This document shows, in pieces, positions 50,023 to 62,918 of a DNA stretch of 62,918 bases; position 1 is the first letter of the stretch, and the number at the start of each line of letters is the position of its first letter. A program made the position numbers and the translations under genes. This DNA is from an uncultured delta proteobacterium (GTDB taxonomy: Bacteria > Myxococcota_A > Polyangia > Fen-1088): NCBI GenBank assembly GCA_963796685.1, contig CAWCMR010000016.1:1-62918 (forward strand). Reading direction: 5' to 3'. The notes below the pieces were generated by a model, which saw only the letters and a program-made list of their open reading frames with translations, was not told the origin of the DNA and did no database searches.

Positions 50023-51393
50023 TTGCGCGCGCCCTCCCCGCCTCGAATGGCCCCGAGATCCACCGCGTGGCTCTCCATGAGGCGGTAGGCACGCTGGCGG
50101 GTGATGCCGAGCATGGCAGCGGCGCGTGCCACATTCCCGCCCGCGGCACGTAGCGCGGCCAGCAGGGCGGGCAACTCGACCGTCTCGCCACCGGCGCGCC
50201 CCGGCTCGGCGTGGGAGCTGCCCTTGCCGGCAGGCGCGGCAGCGCTTGGTTCGGCGGCCGGCGTGCCGATACGCGCGGGAAGGTGCTCGGCACGCAGCAG
50301 GGATTCGCCGGGATGAAGCACCAGGAGCTGGCGGATCAGCCTGCACCAGCTCGCGTACGTTGAAGGGCCAGTCGTGGACGCACAGCCGTTCGACCAGGTC
50401 GCACTCGACCGCGGGCGCCCGCCCCTTGGTCCATTCCCGCAGCAGGTGCGAAAACAGTTGAGGAACGTCTTCTTTGCGTTGGCGCAGCGGCGGCAAACGC
50501 ACGGTGATACCATCCAGGCGGGCCAGCAGATCGGCGCGAAAGCGGCCCTCGCGTACGGCGTCCATCAGCGGTTGCTGGCTGGCCACCACGATGCGCACGT
50601 CCACCGGCACCGGTCGGGTCTCGCCGAGCGGCTGCACCTCCCCTTCCTGCAGCACGCGTAGAAGCTTGGCCTGCAAGGGGAGCGGCAGATCCGACACCTC
50701 GTCGAGCAGCAGGGTCCCGCCCTGGGCGCTGCGAAAGAATCCCGGACTGGCTCGATCCGCGCCGGTGAAAGCGCCTCGACGGTAGCCGAACAGCTCGCCC
50801 TCGGCCAAGCCCTCGGGAAGGGCGGCGCAATTGACCGCGACCAGGGGCCCGGGACGGCCGCTCCAGGCGTGCACGCCGCGGGTGACCATCTCCTTGCCCG
50901 TCCCGGTCTCGCCCTCGAGCACGATGGTGAGGTTGCTCGGAGCCACCTGCCGCAGGGGCGCGAGGGCGGCTTGCAGAACGGCGCCGCCCAGCAACCCTGG
51001 CGCGATCTCGGTGAAGGCGCCCGGCAAGGCCACCACCACCCCCACCCAGCCCCCGACGCGAACTACGTCGGCGCAGCCCAGCTCGGCCGACGCCACGGTC
51101 TGGCCGTTCACGCGAATGCCGTTGCGACTGCCGAGATCCTCGAGGCGGAACACCGAGGCTCCTGCAGCTCGCCGGATGGCCGCATGCCGCCTGGAGACGT
51201 CGTTTCCGTCCAGACGAATGGCGCACGCAGGATCCCGGCCGACGAGCCATTCACCCTCGCCTTGCGACTGCAACGGCACGGCGGGAAGGTCGGCGCGCGG
51301 GAACAGCCACGCCAGGGCAAGCGTCTCCTTGCCATCGCCACGCCGGGGAACGTTGGCTTCCGTGATGGTGGTGGTCCCCGCGTCTTGGCCCAT
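50019..51393 (-). CDS. FHA-domain sigma54-dependent enhancer-binding protein; +1 frameshift near 50341
   Basis: FHA VGR..VSRRHA..DLGSRNG; GETGTGKE, GAFTGA, LLLDEV, WPFNVREL; Fis-HTH GGNVARAAAMLGITRQRAYRLM restored by removing one base; start 51393 or 51411. Confidence 0.87.
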
Positions 51394-51500
51394 GGCGATC
51401 CCCGATCTCATACCATAGCTGCGGCCTAGCTGGTTTCGCACTTCGAGTCGTCAGCGAAGAGGTTGATGATTCCGCGAAGCCGATAGGCTTGGCGCACAAT

Positions 51501-51535
51501 CATGAAAACATAACTCTAGACATTATATTTTCATG
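51501..51535. promoter_or_regulatory. AT-rich imperfect palindrome (operator-like)
   Basis: catgaaaacataa-ctctagaca-ttatattttcatg, arms match 12/13, 16 bp before the ATPase ATG. Confidence 0.55.
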
Positions 51536-51551
51536 GTACTGTCGAACCATC

Positions 51552-52709
51552 ATGATCGACCGATCGGACCATGTGGATAGACTTCGTTGGCTCCTTCGGA
51601 CTTTTCCTGTCGTCGCCATCATCGGTGCACGACAGGTGGGCAAGACCTGGTTGGCGGGACATCTTGCCGCGCAAGTCGGGAGAAACGTCACGCGCTTCGA
51701 TCTGGAGAACCCATCGGATCTCGCCCTGCTCGCCGACCCCCTGCTCGCCTTGGAGCACCTGCGCGGGCTCGTCGTCATCGACGAGATCCAGCGACGTCCA
51801 GAGCTCTTTCCGGTTCTGCGCGTGCTCGCGGATCGACCCCGGCGCCCGGCCCGCTTCCTGATCCTGGGTAGCGCGACGCGCGATCTGCTGCAGCAGTCGT
51901 CCGAATCGCTGGCCGGTCGCATCGCCTACCACGAGCTGGGCGGGTTCACTCTCGCGGAGGCCGGGGCCGCGCGTTTGCAGCGGCTATGGCAGCGGGGAGG
52001 GTTCCCTCGCTCGTACCTGGCCGCCAGCGAGGCCGCCAGCGTCGTCTGGCGCGAGGAGTTCGTCGCTACCTTCGTCGAGCGGGACCTGCGCGCGCTCGGT
52101 TTCGATCTTCCTCCCGCCACCCTGGGTCGATTCTGGAGCATGTTGGCGCATTATCATGGCCAGATCTGGAACGGGGCCGAGCTCGCGCAGGCATTTGCGG
52201 TTTCGCAGCCGACGGTGAAGCGCTACCTCGATGCGCTGACCGGGACGTTCATGGTCAGGCAACTTCGGCCCTGGTCGGAGAATCTGGCCAAGCGTCAGGT
52301 CAGGACCCCAAAAATCTACCTGGGGGACAGCGGAATTCTCCACTCGCTTCTTGGCATCCGCGATCGAACGGCTCTTGAAAGGCATCCCAAAATTGGTGCC
52401 TCGTGGGAGGGATTCATGCTGGAGCAGATCGCACGACACCTCGGCGCGGTTGCCGATGAGTGCCACTTCTGGGCGACGCACCAAGGGGCCGAGCTGGATC
52501 TCCTCGTGGTACGCGGGCACACGCGCCGCGCCTTCGAGATCAAGCGCACGACCACTCCGGCCATCACCAAGTCCATGCGCATCGCCATGGCCGACCTGGG
52601 AGTCGATGCCCTCGACGTCATCCACGCCGGCACGAATACCTACCGGTTGGCGCCCAATATCAGAGCCGTGGCGGCAACCAGAGTCCTCGAAGACATCGAA
52701 AAACTGTAG
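51552..52709 (+). CDS. AAA_14 ATPase with DUF4143 / C-terminal nuclease-like domain
   Basis: GARQVGKT, VVIDEIQ, ESLAGRI, RGGFP, PKIYLGDSG, GASWEG, AELDLL..FEIK. Confidence 0.88.
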   Translation: MIDRSDHVDRLRWLLRTFPVVAIIGARQVGKTWLAGHLAAQVGRNVTRFDLENPSDLALLADPLLALEHLRGLVVIDEIQRRPELFPVLRVLADRPRRPARFLILGSATRDLLQQSSESLAGRIAYHELGGFTLAEAGAARLQRLWQRGGFPRSYLAASEAASVVWREEFVATFVERDLRALGFDLPPATLGRFWSMLAHYHGQIWNGAELAQAFAVSQPTVKRYLDALTGTFMVRQLRPWSENLAKRQVRTPKIYLGDSGILHSLLGIRDRTALERHPKIGASWEGFMLEQIARHLGAVADECHFWATHQGAELDLLVVRGHTRRAFEIKRTTTPAITKSMRIAMADLGVDALDVIHAGTNTYRLAPNIRAVAATRVLEDIEKL

Positions 52710-52778
52710 CACCGTCGGCGTTGGCCGAGGCTGTTTGCCGACTCCTTCAGACGCCAAAAGCGATGTGCCGAACCAGGA

Positions 52779-53447
52779 TCAACCCTCCTGCGCGCTCGCG
52801 CGCAATCGACGAATCGCCTCGGCCACACCTTCCGGGGCGCGGAAGATCGCGGCGCCCGCCACCAAAAGGTGCGCCCCTGCCTTGACCACGGAACCGGCGG
52901 TTGCCGGCGCGACACCGCCGTCGACTTCGAGCGCGCAGCCGAGCTTGCGCTCCTCGATCATCTTGCGCAGTTGCGCCACCTTGGGTAGCACGCTGGCGAT
53001 GAAGGTCTGCCCGCCGAAGCCCGGGTTCACGGTCATGACCAGGATTTGATCCAGATCGCCGAGGACGCCCTCCAGGGTCGAAACGGGCGTGGCGGGATTG
53101 ATGACCACCGTGGCCTTCTTGCCGAGCGCGTGGATCTGCTGGATGGTGCTGTGCAGGTGCGGGCAGGTCTCCTGGTGGACCTGGATGTTGTCCGCGCCGG
53201 CCTTGGCAAATTCCGGGATGTAGCGCTCGGGCTCGACGATCATCAGGTGGGCTTCGACGATTGCCTTCGTGCATCGCCTGGCCGCCGCCACCATCAAAGG
53301 TCCGAAGGTGATGTTGGGCACGAAGCGTCCGTCCATCACGTCGACATGGAAGCGCTCGACGCCCGCCGCTTCGGCCTCCTGCATGTGGGCCCCGAGCCGC
53401 GTGAAATCCGCCGCGAGAATAGAAGCCGATATTTCTACCTTGGTCAT
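52779..53447 (-). CDS. rpe: Ribulose-phosphate 3-epimerase
   Basis: SILAADF, HVDVMDGRFVPNITFG, MTVNPGFGGQ, EVDGG. Confidence 0.96.
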   Translation of the reverse strand: MTKVEISASILAADFTRLGAHMQEAEAAGVERFHVDVMDGRFVPNITFGPLMVAAARRCTKAIVEAHLMIVEPERYIPEFAKAGADNIQVHQETCPHLHSTIQQIHALGKKATVVINPATPVSTLEGVLGDLDQILVMTVNPGFGGQTFIASVLPKVAQLRKMIEERKLGCALEVDGGVAPATAGSVVKAGAHLLVAGAAIFRAPEGVAEAIRRLRASAQEG

Positions 53448-53549
53448 GTGCAACGGACTATGCCGCCTGCGCGCCCCACCTTCAACTGGAGAGAGCGCGC
53501 CTAATCCCGCGACAAGGAGAGCGACAGCGACGACCACGACCTTCCGCGG

Positions 53550-55436
53550 CTATCGCGGGATGATGGCTCTGCGCTCTCGCCTCACCGGCGCAGCCGGTGG
53601 AGCCGAAGCCGGGGCTGCCACCGGTGGCGGTGGCGGCGGCAGGGGATCGGGCACGAGGGGACCGGGGCGCTTGCGAAACACCGCCCAGTTTCCGGACTGG
53701 GCCAAAAGCTCGACCGAGCGATGGTAACCCTTGAACAGATCGAAGCCCGGCGGAAGACTGCGCACGAAAAAGTAGTCGAAGATCGGCAACATCTTCGCAG
53801 GGGAAAAACTCGCCGGGTCCCATGGGGACGGGAAGAAATCCGGCGCCACCTTCAGGCGGCACGGCATGACTCGCAGGCCGCAATAGGTCGGAGGCACCAT
53901 GCTGCCCAAGGCCGGGCGCATGGCCGGGTAGAAACCGGGCAGCCCGAGGATCGCGGATTCGACCTGCATCACGGCCGAGCGACGCTCGAAAACCAGCCCC
54001 AGGGCCTTGCCCCCGGGCGGCGTCTTGGCCACCACGTCCACGAAGCCCGCGATCTCGGCGCCGTAGGCGCGGTAATGAAGGTAAAGCTGCCGGCCGTAGA
54101 GAACGCCGAAGACCAAGGCGGGCACGGGCAGCAACACGGCAAAGAGCCCGCGCAAACGCAACAGCCCGGCTGGTACGAGAAGCAGGAACATGAGCAGCAC
54201 CAGCACGGAGAAGCGCGGAAAGAACGTCATCAACTCCAACTCTTGCAGGTGATGGGGCAGCGCCAAGTACGCCGTAAGCGCGCCCAAGAAAGCCACCAAC
54301 CCCGCCAGCCGCATGCGACGCTTGCGCATGGCCCGCGCCTCCAGGGGCGCGTTCGCCGCCCGCCACGCCAGAGCACCCACCAGCATGTAGGCGACCATGA
54401 TCAGACAAAGCCCCCTGCAGGCATCCACATTGGTCTCGTCGACGAAGGCGCGCATGGCGTGCGATGGAATCAGCACGATGCGATTCCACAGGTCCACGAG
54501 CAGCTTCTGACGCCCCAAGTCCTCCAGCCGGTGGTGCTTGAGATAGGCCCAGGCCAGGGCGGGCGTCAGCCTTGCCCGCCCTGCCACCGGCGGGGTTCCG
54601 AGGTGCCAGTAGACCAAGCCGGCAAAGGCCGGTACGAGCGCCGTCGCGGCCAAGAGCCGGCGGCGAATAGGGGCCGCCGCAAGCACGGCGAAAACCAGCG
54701 CCGCGCACACGCCGTAGAGAAAATTCTGCAGGTGGCAAAGAAACAGCAGAATGGCGACCGCAGCCGTGGCGAACCAGCGCGCCCAGAAGGTGCGGGGGCG
54801 ATCGCTGTGGGCCAGCTTCGTCATTTGGGCCAGGAGCCAGAGCACCACGGGCAACGACAGGGCGAAGGTGACGAATCCGTAGTGCAGGGTGAGGTTGTAG
54901 GCCAGCGGAAAGGCGAGCAGGGCCGGGATGCGGCTGCGCCGGCAAGCCGCCAGCAACGAAGCCATGGCCAGGGGTAGCCCCGCCACGTAGAGGATGATGA
55001 TGAGCTTGTGCGCGGCGAGCAGGCCCATGATCTTGCCGAGGACGACCAGGGCCACGAAGTGCGCGGCGTAAGGGGCGATGCGCAGGCCACCTTCATAATA
55101 GGGCGCGTAAGGCGAGACGGCCCGGCCCACCTTGGACAGCATGTCGGCGGCGGCCATGTGGAAGGGCAGGTCGAGCCCGGGCAAAAGGCGCGTGGCGAAG
55201 AGCGGCGCCAGGAAGAACGGCAAGAGGAGCGCGTAGCAGACACCGAAACACCAGACATCGGGGACGTTGGCGGAAAGCACCCAGGCCCAAGCCCGTCCGA
55301 GCCTGGGTTTCCAGGGCTCGGGTTCGGATGGCCTGTCCGGACTGTCCGAGTCCGAGACCGCGAGGTTCCTTGATACTTGTGTCCACGACGAAAGCCGCGT
55401 GCCAAGGCGCGTCTGAAGGTGCCCTGACAGACGCAC
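53550..55436 (-). CDS. Polytopic membrane protein (possible GT-C-like glycosyltransferase); start uncertain
   Basis: More than 10 hydrophobic segments, early loop LPGLDLPFH, Pro-rich tail. Confidence 0.6.
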   Translation of the reverse strand: MRLSGHLQTRLGTRLSSWTQVSRNLAVSDSDSPDRPSEPEPWKPRLGRAWAWVLSANVPDVWCFGVCYALLLPFFLAPLFATRLLPGLDLPFHMAAADMLSKVGRAVSPYAPYYEGGLRIAPYAAHFVALVVLGKIMGLLAAHKLIIILYVAGLPLAMASLLAACRRSRIPALLAFPLAYNLTLHYGFVTFALSLPVVLWLLAQMTKLAHSDRPRTFWARWFATAAVAILLFLCHLQNFLYGVCAALVFAVLAAAPIRRRLLAATALVPAFAGLVYWHLGTPPVAGRARLTPALAWAYLKHHRLEDLGRQKLLVDLWNRIVLIPSHAMRAFVDETNVDACRGLCLIMVAYMLVGALAWRAANAPLEARAMRKRRMRLAGLVAFLGALTAYLALPHHLQELELMTFFPRFSVLVLLMFLLLVPAGLLRLRGLFAVLLPVPALVFGVLYGRQLYLHYRAYGAEIAGFVDVVAKTPPGGKALGLVFERRSAVMQVESAILGLPGFYPAMRPALGSMVPPTYCGLRVMPCRLKVAPDFFPSPWDPASFSPAKMLPIFDYFFVRSLPPGFDLFKGYHRSVELLAQSGNWAVFRKRPGPLVPDPLPPPPPPVAAPASAPPAAPVRRERRAIIPR

Positions 55437-55512
55437 CGCAGGCGATCTTGCGCAGCGGCCCCTGTATACAACGATTCGCGCTCAAACATGGTATAGAGTC
55501 CGCCAACTCGCC

Positions 55513-56258
55513 ATGGGTCTGTTCGATATCTTTTCCAAAGAGAAGCGAGAGGAACGCGCGCGCGCCGGAAACATCCAGCGTACGATGAACAAGTATTCCC
55601 AGACCGGGGATCGCTACAAAGCCATGGAGGCCCTGGCCATCGAGGGATCGGACGAGGCGCTCTATGGCCTCATGCGACGCTTCGGCATGATGTACGACAA
55701 GTCCATCGAGGACGAGCAAGAGAAGGAATGGGTCTTCGACACCCTGGTCAGCAAGGGGGAAGCGGCGCTGCCCGCGGTCAAGCGCTACCTGGCGGCCGCG
55801 GATTCCGTCTCGTGGCCCCTGCGCGTCTTGCAGAAGATCGCCCCCAGCAAGGACGTGGAGGTGGAGGTCATCGCCGAGGCGCTGGCCCGTCACGAGCCCG
55901 GCTACGAGCGCGACCCCACGAAGAAGATCCAGCTCATCCGCCACCTCGGGTTGATGAAGCACAAGCGCGCGGCCGAGCTGGTTTCTCCCTACCTTGGCGA
56001 CATGGATGAAGGCGTGCGCTTCGCCACTGTTGAGGCGCTGCTCGGGCTCAAGAACGAGGAAGCGGCCCGCGACAAGCTGCTGGAGCTCTTCGTTTCGGAC
56101 GGCGAGGAAAGCCTGCGCCTGCGCATCCGCATGGCCGAAGGCTTCGCCGAGCTCGGCTGGCTGGTGCAGGGCCGCCGCGGTGGCGTCGAGAAGAAACTGC
56201 CCGACGGATTCCAACTCGACCGGGAAGGTCACATCCTGAAACTCAAGAAGCCCGAGTA

Positions 56259-56259
<1 letters not shown>
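55513..56259 (+). CDS. HEAT-repeat protein
   Basis: Helical repeats such as [16 protein letters not shown]; TAATG overlap with carB. Confidence 0.75.
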
Positions 56260-59553
<3,294 letters not shown>

Positions 59554-59561
<8 letters not shown>

Positions 59562-60045
59562 TCGTTTTCCCATGACCCCGGCGGGGCAAAAGAAACTACG
59601 CGACGAGCTCAAGCGCCTGCGCGAGGTCGAGCGGCCGAAGAACGTTCAAGATATCGAAATCGCGCGCGCCCACGGCGACATCTCCGAGAACGCCGAGTAC
59701 TCGGCCGCCAAGGAGCGGCAGGCCTTCCTCGAGGGCCGCATCCGCGAGGTGGAGGGCACCATCGCGCTTTCCGAGGTCATCGATCCGGGCAAGCTGTCCG
59801 GCACGCGCGTGGTCTTCGGCGCCACGGTCCGGCTGGCGGACACCGAATCCGGCGACGAGACCGTGTACAGCATCGTGGGCGACCACGAAGGCGACATCAA
59901 AGAAGGCCGCATCGCCATCTCGGCGCCGCTGGCGCGTGCCCTCATCGGCCGCGAGCAGGGCGACACGGTGACCTTGCGTACCGGCAAGGGCTCGCGCGAG
60001 TACCAGATCCAGGAGATCAAGTTCATCCCGGTCGAGGACGTCTAG
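59554..60045 (+). CDS. greA: Transcription elongation factor GreA
   Basis: [31 protein letters not shown]; conserved carB-greA order. Confidence 0.95.
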
Positions 60046-60061
60046 CGACCGTTCGCCATCG

Positions 60062-60670
60062 ATGACCCGCATCCAGGCTGTCGTCCTCGATCTCGGCAAC
60101 GTCCTCGTCTTCCACGACGATCTCGTCCTGTTTCAGCGCATGTCGGCCTGGGGCGGTGCCGATCCCGAGCACATCCACAAGCGCATGCTCGGGCTGTGGG
60201 ATGCCATCAACCGCGGCGACCTGGCGGGCGACGAGCTTCGCCGCACCATCTGCCAGGTGGCCGGGTCGGAGGCCCCCATGGAGCCCGCGCCCTTCTTCGC
60301 CCTGTGGAACTGCCATTTCCGCGTCCACCATGAGGTGCTTCCCATGGTCGAGGCCTTGCTTGGCCGGGTGAAGCTGGTGCTCCTATCCAACGTGAACGAG
60401 ATGCACTGGCGTTTCGTGCGCCCGCTCATCCCGCTGTTCGAGCGCTTCGACGACCTGGTGATTTCGTGCGAGCTGCGCATGGCCAAGCCCGACCCCGAGA
60501 TCTTCCAGGCCACCCTCGCCCGCTCGGGACTGCGCGCCGAGGAAACGGCCTACTTCGACGATGTCTTGCGCTATGTCGAGGTGGCACGCGAGCTGGGGAT
60601 CCACGCACGCGTGTTCACGGACGCGCCGACCTTTCGCGCCCAGCTCGCTGAGCTGGGCATCTCGGTCTAG
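60062..60670 (+). CDS. HAD-superfamily hydrolase
   Basis: LDLGNVL, LLSN, KPDPEIF, YFDD. Confidence 0.88.
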   Translation: MTRIQAVVLDLGNVLVFHDDLVLFQRMSAWGGADPEHIHKRMLGLWDAINRGDLAGDELRRTICQVAGSEAPMEPAPFFALWNCHFRVHHEVLPMVEALLGRVKLVLLSNVNEMHWRFVRPLIPLFERFDDLVISCELRMAKPDPEIFQATLARSGLRAEETAYFDDVLRYVEVARELGIHARVFTDAPTFRAQLAELGISV

Positions 60671-61029
60671 TCGATCCCGCCGACTTCCCCGCCGACTTCC
60701 CCGCCGACTTCCACACCCTCGCCCGCTTCGAGGTCGGCGGAAACCTCGCTGGTTGCACTGTCGATGGAGCTCATGGGGGAAGAATCGGGCTCGCTATCCA
60801 GAGTCGACGACATGGCCTCGTCATTCGTCTCGGGCACAGAGGCATCGGCTGTGAAACACGACACGTGGCACGTCCCGTTGCCGCTTATGCCGTTGCAGCA
60901 AATAAGCCCGCTGCCGCAATCCGAGCTGACCTGGCAGCGCCCGCCTTCGTTCTGGCCGCAGGCCGCGAAAAAGAGAAGGCCGGCCGTCAGGCCGAGAAGG
61001 CGGGTCGGTAGGCCAAGAGTCCGTTGCAT
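60667..61029 (-). CDS. Small Cys-rich lipoprotein with acidic tail
   Basis: LLFFAAC lipobox; GGRCQVSSDCGSGLICC. Confidence 0.65.
   Translation of the reverse strand: MQRTLGLPTRLLGLTAGLLFFAACGQNEGGRCQVSSDCGSGLICCNGISGNGTCHVSCFTADASVPETNDEAMSSTLDSEPDSSPMSSIDSATSEVSADLEAGEGVEVGGEVGGEVGGID
60676..60711. repeat. 12-bp tandem repeat x3 (coding EVGG)
   Basis: cccgccgacttc x3. Confidence 0.8.
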
Positions 61030-61091
61030 CGGGGGCTGGCTTACCATCCTCGCCCGCTTTCGTAAAGCCCGGTCCGTGCTAGTTTCGGCCT

Positions 61092-62918
61092 ATGTCACGC
61101 CGCGACCCCACCATGCTCTCGTCCATTGCGCTGGCTGCCGCCCTGCTTGCGGCTTTCGCTCTTCACGCCGGCCCGAGCAGGAAGACAACCCAGCAAGAGC
61201 GCACGGCACGCGCCTTTCTCGAAACCGTGAGCGGCCTCGTACAGCCGCTGCACACCGTGGCCAACCAAGCCGCCTGGACAGCCTCGACCGACGTGACCCC
61301 CGAGCACACGGCTACCCGCACCGCCGCGGAAAAGGCCCTGGCCTCGGTCACGGGCTCGAAGCTGGTGATCGAGAAGACGCGGGCGCTGCTCAAGCAGAAA
61401 GACGACCTCGATCCCCTGTCGGTCCGCCAGCTCGACAAGCTGCTGCTCGCCGCCGCCGACAACCCGGCCACCATCCCCGACGTTGTCGTCAAGCGCATCG
61501 AGGCCGAGGCCCGCCAGTCCGCGATTCTCGACGGCTACACCTTCTGTCTGCAAACCAATCGAGCCGGCGCCTGCGTGCGGCCGACCTCGGCCAACGACAT
61601 CGACGACCTGCTTCGCAAGTCGCGCAACCTCAAGGAACGCGAACGGGCTTGGACGGCGTCGAAGGAGATCGGGCGCAAGCTCAAGCCCGGCCTGGTCGAG
61701 CTGCAGGGCTTGCGCAACCAGGTCGCGCGCGCGATGGGCTACTCCTCGTTCTTCGCCCTGCAGGTCGCCGACTACGGCATGACCGCGGCCGAGATGATGG
61801 CCCTCATGGACGGCCTGCTGACCGCGGTTGCGCCCATCTACGACGGCCTGCACTGCTTCGCCAAGCACGCCCTGGCCGAACGCTACAAGCAGTCGGTGCC
61901 GCGCCTGATCCCGGCACACTGGATCGGCAACCGCTGGGCGCAATCGTGGCCGGGCCTCATCGACGGCGCCAACCTGGATCCCTTCTTCAAGAACAAGAGT
62001 CGCGAGCTACATCGTGCGCACCGCCGAGGACTTCTACGTCTCGCTCGGCTTTCCGCGCCTGCCCGAGAGTTTTTGGCAAAAATCCGATCTCTTCCCGGTA
62101 GACCGGGGATCGGCCCGCAAGAAGAACAGCCACGCCTCGGCCTGGGACATCGACGGCGAGGGCGACGTCCGCTCCTTCATGAGCGTCGAGCCCAACCAGC
62201 AGTGGTTCGGCACCGCCCACCACGAGCTCGGCCACATCTATTACTACCTGTCCTACACCCGACCCGAGGTGCCGTTCCTTCTGCGCGCGGGCGCCAACCG
62301 CGCCTTTCACGAGGCCGTCGGCGAGCTGGCCCGTCTTGCCAGCGAGCAGATGCCCTACCTGCGCAAGCTGGGCGTCGTCCGGCAAGGGCAAGAGCCCGAC
62401 CCGGCGGGCTGGCTGCTTCAGTCCGGCCTGGACTCGATCGTCTTCCTGCCTTTCGCGGCCGGTACCATGACCCACTTCGAGCACGACCTCTACGAAGACG
62501 AGCTGCCGCCCTCGGAGTGGCAAGCGCGCTGGTGGCAGTACGTCTCGCGCTACCAGGGCGTACAGGCGCCCAAGGCCCGCGGCGAGGATCTCTGCGACGC
62601 CTGCACCAAGACCCACATCAACGACGATCCGGCGCAGTACTACGACTACGCCCTGGCCAACCTCATCAAGTTCCAGCTGCACGACCACATCTGCACCAAG
62701 ATCCTCAAGCAGGACGTGCACGCCTGCGACTACTCGGGCAACCAGGAGGTCGGACGCTTCTTGCAGACAATCCTGTCCAAGGGCGCTACCCGCGACTGGC
62801 GCGAGGTCATGCGCGAGGCAACAGGCGAGGACATCGGGCCGCGCGCCATGCTCGCCTACTTCCAGCCACTGGTGGCGGATCTGGAGAAGCGCAACCTGGG
62901 CCTCGACTGTTCGCGCTG
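61092..62918 (+). CDS. M2 family (ACE-like) peptidyl-dipeptidase; +1 frameshift near 62007; runs off the window
   Basis: Read directly (absent from ORF track): signal peptide, IPAHWIGNRWAQSW, HASAWD, AHHELGHIYY (HExxH), GANRAFHEAVGE. Confidence 0.88.
   Translation, partial: MSRRDPTMLSSIALAAALLAAFALHAGPSRKTTQQERTARAFLETVSGLVQPLHTVANQAAWTASTDVTPEHTATRTAAEKALASVTGSKLVIEKTRALLKQKDDLDPLSVRQLDKLLLAAADNPATIPDVVVKRIEAEARQSAILDGYTFCLQTNRAGACVRPTSANDIDDLLRKSRNLKERERAWTASKEIGRKLKPGLVELQGLRNQVARAMGYSSFFALQVADYGMTAAEMMALMDGLLTAVAPIYDGLHCFAKHALAERYKQSVPRLIPAHWIGNRWAQSWPGLIDGANLDPFFKNKSRELHRAHRRGLLRLARLSAPAREFLAKIRSLPGRPGIGPQEEQPRLGLGHRRRGRRPLLHERRAQPAVVRHRPPRARPHLLLPVLHPTRGAVPSARGRQPRLSRGRRRAGPSCQRADALPAQAGRRPARARARPGGLAASVRPGLDRLPAFRGRYHDPLRARPLRRRAAALGVASALVAVRLALPGRTGAQGPRRGSLRRLHQDPHQRRSGAVLRLRPGQPHQVPAARPHLHQDPQAGRARLRLLGQPGGRTLLADNPVQGRYPRLARGHARGNRRGHRAARHARLLPATGGGSGEAQPGPRLFAL

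Noticed and set aside
42717-50088. Long antisense or alternate-frame ORFs (e.g. 42717-44588, 45477-47864, 47680-50088)
   Set aside because: Shadow ORFs expected in high-GC DNA opposite well-supported genes; no motifs
47653-51441. 1262-aa FHA-sigma54-kinase-GH6 mega-fusion in the ORF track
   Set aside because: Caused by a +1 base near 50341; the EBP's HTH is in another frame ending at 50019 with a GTGA overlap to the kinase start. Only the kinase-GH6 fusion is supported.

Overview
High-GC bacterial DNA, most likely Myxococcota (inferred from a MYXO-CTERM-type sorting tail, an FHA-sigma54 activator paired with a Hanks kinase, and many small lipoproteins). 0.2-21 kb: a complete class I DISARM anti-phage locus (drmD-drmMI...drmA-drmB-drmC) split by about 7.3 kb of cargo. 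The cargo is a co-oriented PD-(D/E)xK nuclease / HipA-like kinase / DUF3037-like triad; an opposite-strand Xre-ImmA/IrrE peptidase whose usual PIN partner appears reduced to a 7-codon stub and replaced by an ADP-ribosyltransferase-like toxin plus a small partner; and two orphan or chimeric genes. 21-30 kb: AraC / sugar MFS / surface GH16 unit, an EF-hand membrane protein and lipoproteins. 30-47.6 kb: phosphate cluster (phoB, pstS, phoR, pstCAB, phoU, ppk1, ppx, ppk2) with three Pho-box-like sites, interrupted by a debris patch (ISL3, truncated kinase, HNH remnant, nucleotidyltransferase pair, truncated methyltransferase). 47.6-51.4 kb: FHA-sigma54 activator coupled to a Ser/Thr kinase-TM-GH6 cellulase-domain fusion, a candidate cellulose-sensing system. 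Remainder: AAA/DUF4143 ATPase, rpe, membrane protein, HEAT protein, carB, greA, HAD hydrolase, M2 peptidase. About six apparently intact genes each carry a single +1 base insertion, probably sequencing error; these create several false breaks and fusions in the ORF track. No rRNA, tRNA or CRISPR array seen. All family assignments come from motif recognition by eye, not database searches.
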